Shown here: one piece after another, positions 20,268 to 30,564 of the stretch
How the letters are laid out: every line of letters starts with the position of its first letter
Numbering within the stretch: position 1 is the first letter of the stretch
Assembly: GCA_963716255.1 (NCBI GenBank)
Contig: OY970303.1
Coordinates: 2,816,001 to 2,880,000, forward strand
Direction of reading: 5' to 3'
DNA length: 64,000 nucleotides
From: an uncultured Gemmatimonadales bacterium
Lineage (GTDB): Bacteria; Gemmatimonadota; Gemmatimonadetes; Longimicrobiales; Longimicrobiaceae
Position numbers and translations under genes: made by a program
The notes under the pieces: generated by a model
The model's database searches: none
Seen by the model: only the letters and a program-made list of their open reading frames with translations
What the model was told of the DNA's origin: nothing

Positions 20268-21290
20268 TTACGCGCTCTCTTGCCCGCCCCGTTGCGAATT
20301 CACCCGCGCGGCCAGGAGCCCGGAGACGTGGGCGACGCCGGCCCGCGCGTGTCCGGCGTAGTCGTCTTCTCCGCATCTCTCGAACGCCTCCGCCGCGGCC
20401 CGGAACGCCTCGACGGCTTCCTCCAGCCGCTCCGTCCCGCTCTCCCGCTCCCCCAGCTTGAAGAGTGCTGTGCCGAGACGGTCCTGCGTCGCCGCCCAGT
20501 CGTCCGGCGTCCGCTCCCGCGTGAATTCCTCCAGGGCGGCCCGGTACGCTTCCACGGCTTCCGCCTGCCATCGCTCCCGGCCCGGCTGCCCACCCATCTC
20601 CAGGAAGGCGTCGCCGAGACGCGTCACGGTGGCGGCCCAGTCGAGCGGTGCCCGCTCCCGCGAGCGCTCCTCCAGGGCGGCCGCATAGGCGTCGGCGGCC
20701 GCCTCCATCCATTCCGTGCCGCCGCCCCGCTCGCCGATGCCGAGGAACGCGTTGCCCAGCTTGTGCACGATGGCGGCCCACTCCAGCGGCACCTGGTCCT
20801 GGGTGCGCTCCTCCAGGGCGGCCTGGTACGCCGCGACGGCCTCCACCATCCGCTCCGTCCGACCCTCCCGCTCCCCCAGCCGGAAGAGGGCGTTGCCCAG
20901 GTTGTCCTGGACCGTGGCCCATTCCCGCGGCGCTCCCTCCCGCGTGTATTCCTCCAGGGCGGCGCGGTACGCCTCCACCGCCTCTTCCAGGTGCTCCGTG
21001 CCGACCTCCCGCTCCGCCAGCCGGAACAGGGTGTTGCCCAGGTTGTTCCGGACCGCCGCCCAGCCGGACGGGTCCTCGTCCCGGGGCAGCAGCGCCGCGG
21101 CCTCCCGGTACACGGCGACCGCACTACGCAGGACGCCGGCGTCCCCCTGCTCCGCGCCCCGCGCCTGGAGCGCGTCCGCCTCCGCGAACAGGCGGGCGAA
21201 GCGCTCCTGGCGGCCGGAGGAGGCGCCGCCTTCCGGTTCCCGTGGCCCGGGGGCTCCCCCGGAGAGACCTGGCGGGATGGGCTCCGTCAT
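20268..21290 (-). CDS. Tetratricopeptide repeat protein
   Basis: Repeated EAVEAYRAALEExTRExxPxxWAxxxxxLGNAL units. Confidence 0.85.
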   Translation of the reverse strand: MTEPIPPGLSGGAPGPREPEGGASSGRQERFARLFAEADALQARGAEQGDAGVLRSAVAVYREAAALLPRDEDPSGWAAVRNNLGNTLFRLAEREVGTEHLEEAVEAYRAALEEYTREGAPREWATVQDNLGNALFRLGEREGRTERMVEAVAAYQAALEERTQDQVPLEWAAIVHKLGNAFLGIGERGGGTEWMEAAADAYAAALEERSRERAPLDWAATVTRLGDAFLEMGGQPGRERWQAEAVEAYRAALEEFTRERTPDDWAATQDRLGTALFKLGERESGTERLEEAVEAFRAAAEAFERCGEDDYAGHARAGVAHVSGLLAARVNSQRGGQESA

Positions 21291-21314
21291 AACGCCTCCG
21301 CGTTGCAGGTGGGT

Positions 21315-23123
21315 TCAGAAGCTCGGGCCGAAGAACACCGAGTTGGCGAACAGCGGCAGCAGCCCGCGCCACAGGTCGCGGAAGTTGGGATCTCCCGCGA
21401 AGCCGATCACCCTCCCCCGCCCCACCCGCTCCGTCCACAGGTACGGCGTCCCCGCCAGCCGCGCCGGCACCTCCGGCCACAGGTACCCCGCCATGCGCAG
21501 CCGCGGCAGCGGCGCGTAGCGGACGACGGCCTCCCCCGGCCGCAGGTCCCGCGGCACCGCGTAGACGCGGTCCGAGAACACCAGCACCGGCAATTCCGCA
21601 GCGTTCACCCCGGCCAGCAGCGGCGACAGCGTGTCCGCCACCGCCCGGACGATCGCCCCCGGCACGTCCGCCGGGAGCGGCGCGCCCTGCGCGCTGTCCG
21701 CGCGGGCGGAGTCGCGGCGCGCGCGGAAGCGCGACAGCCCCGTGCGCTCCGAGGCCAGCCACCCCGTGGCCGCGTCCAGCGTCACCAGCACCCCGCCCGC
21801 CCGCACCCACTGCCCGATCCGCTCCCGCCCGGCGTCGCCCAGCGCCCGGTCCAGCCCCGCCGCCTGGACGGACGGCACCACCAGCACGTCGAAGTCGTCC
21901 AGCGCGGCGCCCGCGAGCCCCGACACGTCCACCGGCGTCACGGGGTAGCGCAGCCGCTGGTCGAAGGCGTACCAGGCGAACCCGAAGGAGTTGCCCCCCA
22001 CCGGCGTCCCCCCGGCGAGCGCCACCCGCGGCGTGCGCAGCGGGAACACGCTGTTGCTCCCCAGGTCCGTCCCCTCCTCCACCGCCGCCGACTGGACCGC
22101 CGCCACCCGCGCTCCGGCCTCCGCCGCGTGCCGCCGCACCCGCTCGTGCACGTCCGCGCGGTTGCCCGCCACCCGCGCCAGCAGCGCCCCATGGGGGAAG
22201 CGCTCGCCCCCGGCCGTGAACGGCCGCGGCGCGTACCACACGCGCACGCTGTCCGCCAGCAGTGCCGCCAGCAGGCGGTACGACGCCTCGCTCCCCACCT
22301 CCCAGGCGTAGGCGTGGCGCGCCGTGGCGGGCGCCGCGGGCGCGCCCGCGGCCGGCGCGGTCGCGGCGTCCACCCCGCCGGGCACCGCGCGCAGCCCCCA
22401 GGCGCGCACCCGGAACGTGTAGGGCAGCGACCAGGCCGTCACGTCGTAGAAGCGGTCCGCCTGCCCCGTGCGGCGGCTCTCCAGCTCGGCGCGGATGAAC
22501 GCCGAGTCCAGCTGCGCGTCCGGCTCCAGCAGCGCGCGGGCGAGCCGCCCCTGCGGCTGCGCCAGGTCCACCACGTACGCCCCGGCCGGCAGCCGCGCGG
22601 TCCCGGCGCGCTCCTGCCCGTACTCGGTGGCGGACACGCTCGCCGCCGCGCGCAGCCGCCCCACCGCGATGCCGTTCTCCGCCAGCCGCCGCGCCAGCGA
22701 GTCCGCGCGGCCCTGCGCGTCCGGCTCCCACGCGACCGCGCGCAGGCCGTTCCGCGCCGCGTCGGAGACGGCGGAGCGGCGGAACTCCACGTAGTCGCGC
22801 AGCCGCGCCGTGCGGCCCAGCGCCGTGGCGGCAAGCGTCGCCATGGACGCGGTGTAGTGGTGGTGCGCCGCCTCCCGCAGCGTGAGCACGGTGCCGTCGC
22901 TGCGGCGGATGGCGCCGCCCCCGCTGGAGGCCTGCTCGTAGGTCATCCCCACCGCGCCGATCAGCGACGGCCAGGACACCCCGTAGCCGGGGTAGAACTC
23001 GTCGTAGCCCTCGCGCCGGAAGTACGACCACCCCTCGCGGTCGAAGGCGGCGGCGTTGGCGGCGGCGAACACGTCCCACCCGCGCAGGATGCTGGGGTGC
23101 ACGTTCTTGTTCACCGGCTCCAT
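21315..23123 (-). pseudogene. 3' half of an M14 zinc carboxypeptidase gene split by the island
   Basis: Begins MEPVNKNV; YDEFYPGYG, GMTYEQAS and FYDVTAWSLP; joins in frame to 55340-56137. Confidence 0.85.
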
Positions 23124-23249
23124 GGGTTTTATCACGAACGCGGTTAGTGCCTCACCCAGTACGCATAGGCCCTGACCTGCAGCGCACTGTGCCTTCGTCG
23201 GAAGGCGAGGCCATGCCCCAGCCTACCCGAAATCAAGCGAGTAGAGATC

Positions 23250-25394
23250 ATGCTGGAAGAATTGCCAAGTCGCCCAGGTGACAACCCGGAAGAGGGCTAC
23301 CAGGAGCACACTCCGGAACCTGCAGAACGGGCGCAGCCGATTCGCGCGCCAGTTGGAGATCCGCTCCGCCCATACGTCCACCAGCACCGCATTCACTACG
23401 ACTTCCAGTTTGCAGCTGCGCTTGGGGAAGCATTTGCCGCTGAGGTCGCAGCCGCGTTCGCAGCGCACATCAGCAAGTATGCCAAGGCGACAGGAAGTAA
23501 GGCACGTAGCGCGCTGCGTGACCTGCTCCGTTGGATCGTCGAGCAGGAGGATACCCACCCCGATCTGGTCGCACAACTCCGGGCGGACCACACGAAAGTG
23601 TCATTCATGGCGTGGGAGGCGGTGCTCCATCGTTGGCGAGAGTGGTACCTCGCTACGGCTACCACGAGGCGCACGTCCCAAGGAAACCACATCAAGGCCG
23701 TGAACCTGGCCTGGTCGGGGTTACATGCGTTCGGTGTGGTACCCAAAGTTTCGCTCAAGACGCCGAAGCATTACCGGCGTACTGGACGGTCGAGGAAGAC
23801 TCTTGCCGAGGTGCCGGGGGGCAATTCTGCGGACACCGAAGCAGACGATATCGAGGGATTGCTGGCTCAGCTTCCGGCCGGCGAGCGCAACAATCCGCAG
23901 ACGAGAGACTTTCTCGCCGTCCTCGTGGAGGAGTTGGGCAGCGTGCCACACGAGCGCCAGGATCTCGCCCAAGAGATCATCGCCATCAACAGGCGCCGGC
24001 TCGACGCTCTGCGTGCCGCCGCAGAGCGCCACCTGATCCAGGCATACAATAAATTCTTGCACGGCGAACGGATGGTTCGCAGCAACCAGCACCGCTTCGC
24101 AGAAATCCGCAACGCCCTGCTGGTCCGGAGCAAGAGGGGTGGAACTGAGCGCATCAACCCTGGTCTGCAAGGGCGAGAGCGCAGGCAGTTGCTCCCCGAC
24201 TGCGACGACGACCAAAGTCTCGCCAACCTGCTCACCTTCCTTGACGTAGAGTTCGGAGGCTTCTTCCCGACCCAAGAAGCACCCGACTACAAGCAGGCCT
24301 ACGCGATCTACTGCCGCCGGTTCGGAGGGGTTGTGGAGGTCGAGTCGTACCTCCACGCCAACGCGGAGGCCGTAGTCGCGGCGCTCGTGATCATCCTCGT
24401 GGAGACGGGGCTCAACGTCACTCCTGGGCGCAAGCTGGAGGTAGACTGCATCACCGAGAGCGAAAGCAGTGGCTACAAGGACCTGCGCACCCGGAAACGG
24501 CGAGCGGGCAACCGGCAGATCGTTGCGCAAGTCCCGGTCAAAGACCCGGTGTGGAGCGTAACGGTTCCGCAGGCCGTGCGAATGGTGCAGGAGATGACCG
24601 CGCGTGCCCGACGCCAGGCGGACGCCCGCCTCGCGCGGCGTCTCTTCATCTATCGCTCACGTGGGACGGCGCGCTCGGCCGTGATCTCGTTGAAAGCACC
24701 CGCGATGCGATTCGTGTTCAACACGCTCAAGAGGCGGTCGCCGGAGCTGAGCCAGCACTACACGCTGGAAATGATCCGCCCCTCACTGCTCCTCTCCTCC
24801 GCCTACAAAACGCACGGCAACCTCGCCGTGGCGCAGGTGCTTGCCGACCACCAGAGCCAGCAGACGACGCGGGGCTACACGAACCGCTGGCCGATCCGGG
24901 TCGTCTACGAGAACCAGATCCGGAAGTTCCAGGAGCTGTTCCAGATCGTCGCCATCCATCACATCGCCGACGCCGCCAAGACGCTCGGCCTGACGTCGGA
25001 GCAGGCAGCCCGGCTCTTCAGTGATGCGCATCGGACAGGGCTGGGTGTCGGGTGCCTCGATCCCAGAGCGGGAATCCAGCCGGGGACTCGGCCCGGCCAG
25101 ACGTGCACCCGACAGGACGCCTGCGTCCAATGCCCGCAGCGGATCTTCGTCGCGACACCCGAGAACACGGCCGACCTGATCCTCTTCAACGACCACCTGG
25201 GGGCGAGCCGAGAGTCCCTGGAGGCGTGTCGGTCGGAGCGATGGGAGCGGTTCTGGCTCCCGTGGTACATCTTCACGCAGGTGGTGCTGGAGAAAATGGA
25301 ACGCGGTCCAGAGCGACTCATCCTGAAACAGGCGCGGGAGCTGGCAGACCAGCGGCTCGCGGCCGGTGCCGTCCATTTCCCGCCCCTCGCCTGA
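23250..25394 (+). CDS. Large degenerate tyrosine-recombinase-like protein (GinB-like)
   Basis: ETGLNV (catalytic R absent), MIRPS, LADHQSQQTTRGY, C-terminal Cys cluster. Confidence 0.75.
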   Translation: MLEELPSRPGDNPEEGYQEHTPEPAERAQPIRAPVGDPLRPYVHQHRIHYDFQFAAALGEAFAAEVAAAFAAHISKYAKATGSKARSALRDLLRWIVEQEDTHPDLVAQLRADHTKVSFMAWEAVLHRWREWYLATATTRRTSQGNHIKAVNLAWSGLHAFGVVPKVSLKTPKHYRRTGRSRKTLAEVPGGNSADTEADDIEGLLAQLPAGERNNPQTRDFLAVLVEELGSVPHERQDLAQEIIAINRRRLDALRAAAERHLIQAYNKFLHGERMVRSNQHRFAEIRNALLVRSKRGGTERINPGLQGRERRQLLPDCDDDQSLANLLTFLDVEFGGFFPTQEAPDYKQAYAIYCRRFGGVVEVESYLHANAEAVVAALVIILVETGLNVTPGRKLEVDCITESESSGYKDLRTRKRRAGNRQIVAQVPVKDPVWSVTVPQAVRMVQEMTARARRQADARLARRLFIYRSRGTARSAVISLKAPAMRFVFNTLKRRSPELSQHYTLEMIRPSLLLSSAYKTHGNLAVAQVLADHQSQQTTRGYTNRWPIRVVYENQIRKFQELFQIVAIHHIADAAKTLGLTSEQAARLFSDAHRTGLGVGCLDPRAGIQPGTRPGQTCTRQDACVQCPQRIFVATPENTADLILFNDHLGASRESLEACRSERWERFWLPWYIFTQVVLEKMERGPERLILKQARELADQRLAAGAVHFPPLA

Positions 25395-25406
25395 CCGGAG
25401 AGCCCC

Positions 25407-28016
25407 GTGTCCACAGAGCACCAGTTCGATGCGCCGGCTGCCACGGCTCCGTCCGGCAACGGCGAGCTTCAGGCACACCCGACATACCCGTGGCTTCTCA
25501 GCGGCTATGACGATCCGAGCTGGATTGTCACCGATCCCGGGCCAGGGCAGCGCCGGGAGATCCATTTCGACGCACTCTTCCACGACGGATCGCGGCTCAC
25601 TGATCCGCAGCATGCACACCTGCTGTCCACGATCCGCACGATCGTGGCGCAGATCCGTACGGGGCCCTTCGCCATCACCGACGATGCGGAAAAGCAGCGG
25701 AAGGTCGCCAACCATCTTTTCACCCTGACGAAGTGGATGCTCCTGAACCGGATCCACCGCTTCGACAGGCTCTGCCTGCGAGACTTCCTGGACTGGCGAG
25801 AGGCGGCCCTGTACGGCGCGGTCACGGTGCTCGATGCAGCTGCTCGGGTTCGTGCCGTTGCCCAGCGGTATCGGGAGGAAGGGCGGCTCCCGCCTCGCAC
25901 CGATAGCGCGGTGCGTCTGCTTGAACTCGACCGGGCGGCCATCGCGCGGGAGGCAGGTGTGGAAGGGAATCGGAGCCCGGAGGTCGCGTACGAGATCGAC
26001 CGGATCTCCCTGGAATGGGGGTTCTATCTCACCCCCTCGAGAGCTCGGCGCGCGGCACAAGCAGCCCCCGAGACGCGGAAGGTGTCCGCATCCAGCCTGC
26101 GATTCTCGATGGACTCCTGGCGCCTGCTGTGGGAGATGAGGCGCGTACTGCCCGACGACCATCTCACCTTCAACCCATTCGAGAGTCAGTCCGTCACGAA
26201 CATGGCGGGCGCGCTGGCGGAGGACACCGGGCGAACTCCGACCATTCCGGTCCGGCTGGCCATGTTCCTGATCGACCGCAGCATTCGGTGGGTCATGGAT
26301 TACGCGGAGGACCTGCTCCGCCTTCGTGAACAGATCCTGTCGGCGGACGTAGATCATGGCCCGCCCGGCGCCCTGGAGCAGCAAACGGCCGATAAGCTTC
26401 GGGCCTACCTCGAGGCTAATGAGTCCGCGGGGACGATACCGACGAGCCGCGGCAAGCTCGCTACAGCGAGAATCGCAGCCGAAATCGGTGTGCACCAGGC
26501 GACTCTCTTCAAGAATCCCATTACCCACGAGATGCTAGCGGCTCTCCAGCAGCGCCTGGGAATCACCCTGGCCGGGGACACGCGGAACGGGGCGGCAGGC
26601 ACACTCGATCCAGACGAGGGCATCACGATCCGGCAGGCATCCCGGGAGTCGGCACACACATACGGCTCGCTGCTTCGGAGGTATCGTTCAGGGATGCTTC
26701 ACACGACCGGCCGCAGCAAGGATGGGTACGTTCTGGTGCGTCGCGGCGACGTGCTCGCCCTGCCGGCGCCGAAGCGTCGGAAGGGCATCCAGCGGAGCCA
26801 GTCCTGCCAACGGCTCTGGCGCGAGTACCGGGAGATCCTTGGGGCATTCCGTCCGACGAGCGGGGGCCCGGGGCAGCCGTGGCCGCTGCATCCGAGGTTT
26901 CGGAGTTCAGGCGGTGGCTCCGTGGACGTGAACACGGCCATCAACGTCTTCCTCCCAGCGGCGTGCATGATTGTGATCTGCGCGTTTTCCGCACGGCGGC
27001 ACGAGGAGGTGACGCAGCTCCGCGCCAACGAGGATCCGGCGCACGACGTGATCACCGGGGAGGCCGGCGAGCGGTGGCTCACCGTTTGGATCGAGAAGAC
27101 CCTCCGGGAGTGGGATCGGGTTCCGGTCCCCGAAGTCGTCGTCAGGGCCGTCGAGGTCCTGAAGCGGTGGAGCGAGGGTGCACGCCGCACGACCGGAAAG
27201 CCTAACCTGTTCCAGTGGGAGAACTGGCGCGGCGAAGAGGCACATGGCTTCTACGCCGGTCCCGCCCTGGCAGCCTTCGGAAACTTCCTCCAGATGCCTG
27301 AGGACCCGGAGCATGGCCGGTGGGCCCTCGCGCCCCACCAGCTCCGGCGCTTCTTCGCCATCATGTACATGTGGCGCTACGAGTACGGCGAGCTTTCCGC
27401 GCTGTCTTGGATGCTGAGGCACTTCAACCTGGAAATGACCCGCCGCTACGCGACCGAGGCGGAGCGCGGCGCCATCTTCCGCGAGGTGCAGGAACACCAC
27501 AGCTACGAAGTGCTCCGGTCAATCGCCTCGGGGGACCGGCAGGCCGGCGGCGGATTCGTCAATCGCTTCACCGCCATGATGGAGCGCCAGACGGCGGCGA
27601 TGCGCCGGAACGTCGAGGTGGTGACGCCACAACGCCGGGACCGCAAGGTGAAGGAGTACGTACGCCGGACTGGGATCGTGCTGAAGCCGATGCCGTGGGG
27701 CTACTGCGCGTGCGGCGAGACGGCGGAGCAGACGGCGAAATCCAATTGCCGGCAGGGCCAGGACCCGAGCGAGGTGCGGGGCCCGGACCCGGGCCGGGCG
27801 AGACCGGCCGTGTGCGCCAACTGCCCGCACAACTGCACCGGTCCGGAGTTCAGCGCCTACTGGACGGGCGAGATCCAGCAGCTGGAGCAGGCCGCCGCCG
27901 ACCCGCACAACCCGCCGATCCTGCGCGAGTCCAGCCAGGAGCAGCTCGCGGTCGTGCGGCGGTATGCCGAGGAGGCCGTTTTCCGCGGGAGGAGCGACGA
28001 TGGCACGGCGCGGTGA
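25407..28016 (+). CDS. Large tyrosine recombinase (GinC-like)
   Basis: SARRHEE, PHQLRRFFA, LRHFNLEMTRRY, C-terminal GYCAC...CANC. Confidence 0.85.
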   Translation: MSTEHQFDAPAATAPSGNGELQAHPTYPWLLSGYDDPSWIVTDPGPGQRREIHFDALFHDGSRLTDPQHAHLLSTIRTIVAQIRTGPFAITDDAEKQRKVANHLFTLTKWMLLNRIHRFDRLCLRDFLDWREAALYGAVTVLDAAARVRAVAQRYREEGRLPPRTDSAVRLLELDRAAIAREAGVEGNRSPEVAYEIDRISLEWGFYLTPSRARRAAQAAPETRKVSASSLRFSMDSWRLLWEMRRVLPDDHLTFNPFESQSVTNMAGALAEDTGRTPTIPVRLAMFLIDRSIRWVMDYAEDLLRLREQILSADVDHGPPGALEQQTADKLRAYLEANESAGTIPTSRGKLATARIAAEIGVHQATLFKNPITHEMLAALQQRLGITLAGDTRNGAAGTLDPDEGITIRQASRESAHTYGSLLRRYRSGMLHTTGRSKDGYVLVRRGDVLALPAPKRRKGIQRSQSCQRLWREYREILGAFRPTSGGPGQPWPLHPRFRSSGGGSVDVNTAINVFLPAACMIVICAFSARRHEEVTQLRANEDPAHDVITGEAGERWLTVWIEKTLREWDRVPVPEVVVRAVEVLKRWSEGARRTTGKPNLFQWENWRGEEAHGFYAGPALAAFGNFLQMPEDPEHGRWALAPHQLRRFFAIMYMWRYEYGELSALSWMLRHFNLEMTRRYATEAERGAIFREVQEHHSYEVLRSIASGDRQAGGGFVNRFTAMMERQTAAMRRNVEVVTPQRRDRKVKEYVRRTGIVLKPMPWGYCACGETAEQTAKSNCRQGQDPSEVRGPDPGRARPAVCANCPHNCTGPEFSAYWTGEIQQLEQAAADPHNPPILRESSQEQLAVVRRYAEEAVFRGRSDDGTAR

Positions 28017-28521
28017 GAAGCCGCTGGTCGCTGACCGCCGCCAGAAAGAGGCCCGGCGAAAGATCCTCCACAAGGTCCGTGTGCTCCAGGAGTGGGCTCA
28101 GGACGGCGTGCCCGAAGGGGTCGCTCCACCCAGGTCGGAAGAGCAGTTCCGGGTGTGGGAGGATCCGGAGCGGGGGCTGGAGAAGATCGGGTCGAAGAGC
28201 ACGCTGAACCGCCCGGAGAACCTCGACCTCAAGGAGGAGGCGAACCGGCTCGTCGCCGCGCTCCGCGACGGGCACCGCCGGGGCGAGAGGCGGGGCGAGG
28301 CTCGCAGGACTCAACTGGACCGGCTGAGGGAGGAAATCAGGGAGCTGAGGCTCCAGGTCAGCCGTCTGGCGAGCCAGTACAGCAGCGAGAGGGACAAAGC
28401 GCTGCGTGCCCAGGCGAAGCTGGCGAGCGCCGACCGCCGGATCGACGAGCTGATGAACGACCGGTCGGACCTGATCCAGCAGGTGAGCGAATTGCGCACG
28501 ATCCCCAGGATCATCCTATGA
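28000..28521 (+). CDS. Small coiled-coil accessory protein (TnpC/GinD-like)
   Basis: Overlaps the integrase stop; long C-terminal heptad helix. Confidence 0.65.
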   Translation: MARRGEKPLVADRRQKEARRKILHKVRVLQEWAQDGVPEGVAPPRSEEQFRVWEDPERGLEKIGSKSTLNRPENLDLKEEANRLVAALRDGHRRGERRGEARRTQLDRLREEIRELRLQVSRLASQYSSERDKALRAQAKLASADRRIDELMNDRSDLIQQVSELRTIPRIIL

Positions 28522-28943
28522 CCCACATGGAAGAGACCGCCGTCTCGAAGCAGGAGCAAGGCTCCCTCAACGCCGCCCGGCTCCAGGAGTACCTCGCGCA
28601 TCACGAGCCGGCCGGCACGCTCCCGATGCACAACGGGCGCGTCAACAAGTCGCGGATCGCCGACGATCTCGGCTTCGCGCGAAGCGTCTGGACCCAGAAC
28701 CCGGCCTGCAGGGCAGTCATGGCGGCTCTCGAGGAACGGCTGGGGAGCAGCCCGCCGGAGGCGTCGGGCCGACCGCACGGCGGCAGTGCCGACCGGCGGG
28801 TCCGGGAGCTGGAGCAGCGCGTGAACCGGCTGGAGGCCCGGGCCGCCACGCTCCAGGCCGAGAACGCGGAACTGCGTGAGAAGCTCCGCATGCTCGGCTG
28901 GGTGGACGAAAACCTCCCCGCCACGGGCCGGCTCCCATGGTGA
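28518..28943 (+). CDS. Small HTH + coiled-coil accessory protein
   Basis: ATGA overlap; VNKSRIADDLGFARS (HTH-like) followed by a coiled coil. Confidence 0.7.
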   Translation: MTHMEETAVSKQEQGSLNAARLQEYLAHHEPAGTLPMHNGRVNKSRIADDLGFARSVWTQNPACRAVMAALEERLGSSPPEASGRPHGGSADRRVRELEQRVNRLEARAATLQAENAELREKLRMLGWVDENLPATGRLPW

Positions 28944-29371
28944 CCGCGGCGGAGCGGCAGGCTCGGGTACAGGTCCACCGGATCCGCTTCTCCGGGAACG
29001 GCACGATCTTCACCGGACGGGTGGTGCGCGAAGACGGGAGCGAAACCGGCGAGGGGCTGGTCTGCGTGCTCCCGCGCCAGCTCCTCCCCGCGGGCGCCGC
29101 GGTGCGGGTGGGCGACGTGTGGGAGATCGGCGGCCGCCTGGAGACCTACCGGGGAGAGCCACAGATCCGGTGCACGCGGGCCGCCCTGAGCCGGCCCAGC
29201 GGGGCGAACTTCGTCAGGGTCCTCAGCACCGGCGCAAGGTTCGGTGGGATCGGCCCTGTCCTCGCCAAGCAGCTCTGGGCCCGCTTCGGGGATGAGGTCT
29301 TCGCGATCCTGGAGCAGGGGGACTCGGAGCGTCTGAAGGAGGTGCTCCCGCCCGCGGCCGCGCAGAACCTA

Positions 29372-30564
29372 GTGGATCACCCCGGCTGAGGTGATGGGTA
29401 TCGGGAGGAGAACTTCTCCCGAGCCTTGGCGGTTGTGAAACGCCACTGAATCGTGGCCTTGCTGCCGTTGCGGTCGCGGCACCAGACGGCGGTTTCACGC
29501 TGCACGACTTCCATGCTGGGCAGGCGCCGGTCCAAGCATTGAGTGCCGAGCACGGAGAACTCCACCTCGGCCATGTTCAACCAGCTTGCATGCTTGGGCG
29601 TGTGGTGCAACTCCAGGCGCTTTGCGATCCGGCTTGCTTCCTCGGGCGCGAACGCCTGGTAGAGCGAGGCCGGCGTGTGCGTGTTCAGGTTGTCCAGCAC
29701 CACGCGGACCTTCTCCGCCTCCGGAAAATGCACGTCCACCAGATCCCGCATGCAGTGGGCGAAGTCGATCGCGGTGCGCCGCTGCGTGACCTTGACCTCT
29801 CGCCAGGCGGTGTCGGGGCTGAAGAAGAGGAAGAGGTTGCACGTGCCTTCGCGCCGGTACTCGTAGTCGAACCGCTCGGCCTGCCCCGGTCGCGCCGGCA
29901 GCGGCATGCGCACCTCGGACAGAAGTTGCAGAGGCATCTCGTCAAAGGCCACACGCGGCCGCTTCGGGTCGTTCGGCTCTGCATACAGGTCGAGCACGTC
30001 CTCCATCCGCCAGACGAATTCGGCCGTGATCTCCGGGATCAGCCACTGCTGGCGCTGCCACGGCTTCGTCTTGCTTTTTTGAGCGTGCGGCGCACCGTCT
30101 CATCCGAGATCGAGTCCACCGCCCCCAGTTCCACCAGCCGGTCCGCGAGCATCTGCATGCTCCAGCGGGCGCGCCCACCAGGCACGTCGCTGCAGGCCAG
30201 CGCCAGGAGCAGGGCCTCCGCTTTGCCTGTCAGCTTCGGCGGCATCGGCGGGCGGGGTTTCTCTGAGAGAGCCGCCTCCAGCCCTTCTTCCACGAAGCGC
30301 TTGCGGATGCGCTCCACCGTAGCGACCCCGACGCCCACGCCCGCGACGATCTGCTCGTCCGTGGCACCCTCGTCGGAGCGCAGCACCACCAGAGCGCGTT
30401 TGATCCGCCGCGCGCTTGCCTTCCCCTTGCGCGTGAGCACAAGCAGATCGCTGCGCTCCTGCTCCGTCAGCTTCACCTTGTACCGCTTCGTCATCCTTCG
30501 GCTCCTGTACAACTGCGTACCCAAAGCCGAAGGATACCCCATCAACTCACTCGTGGTGCCCCAC
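29372..30564 (-). mobile_element. IS630-family insertion sequence
   Basis: TA duplicated (29370-71 and 30565-66) in a CTAG target; weak TIR GTGGatCACC/GTGGggCACC. Confidence 0.92.
29377..30494 (-). CDS. IS630 transposase, two ORFs probably joined by a frameshift at A6 (~30075-30080)
   Basis: HTH ORF MTKRYKVKL...; DDE ORF FDE, VLDNLNTH and TPKHASWLNMAEVE; CTCAAAAAAG at the junction. Confidence 0.88.

Noticed and set aside
4475..23147. Very long alternative-frame ORFs (e.g. 4475-7969, 15726-18194, 20280-23147; also 57442-60288, 60010-62943)
   Set aside because: Antisense or shifted shadows of real genes in very high-GC DNA; Arg/Gly/Pro-rich with no motifs
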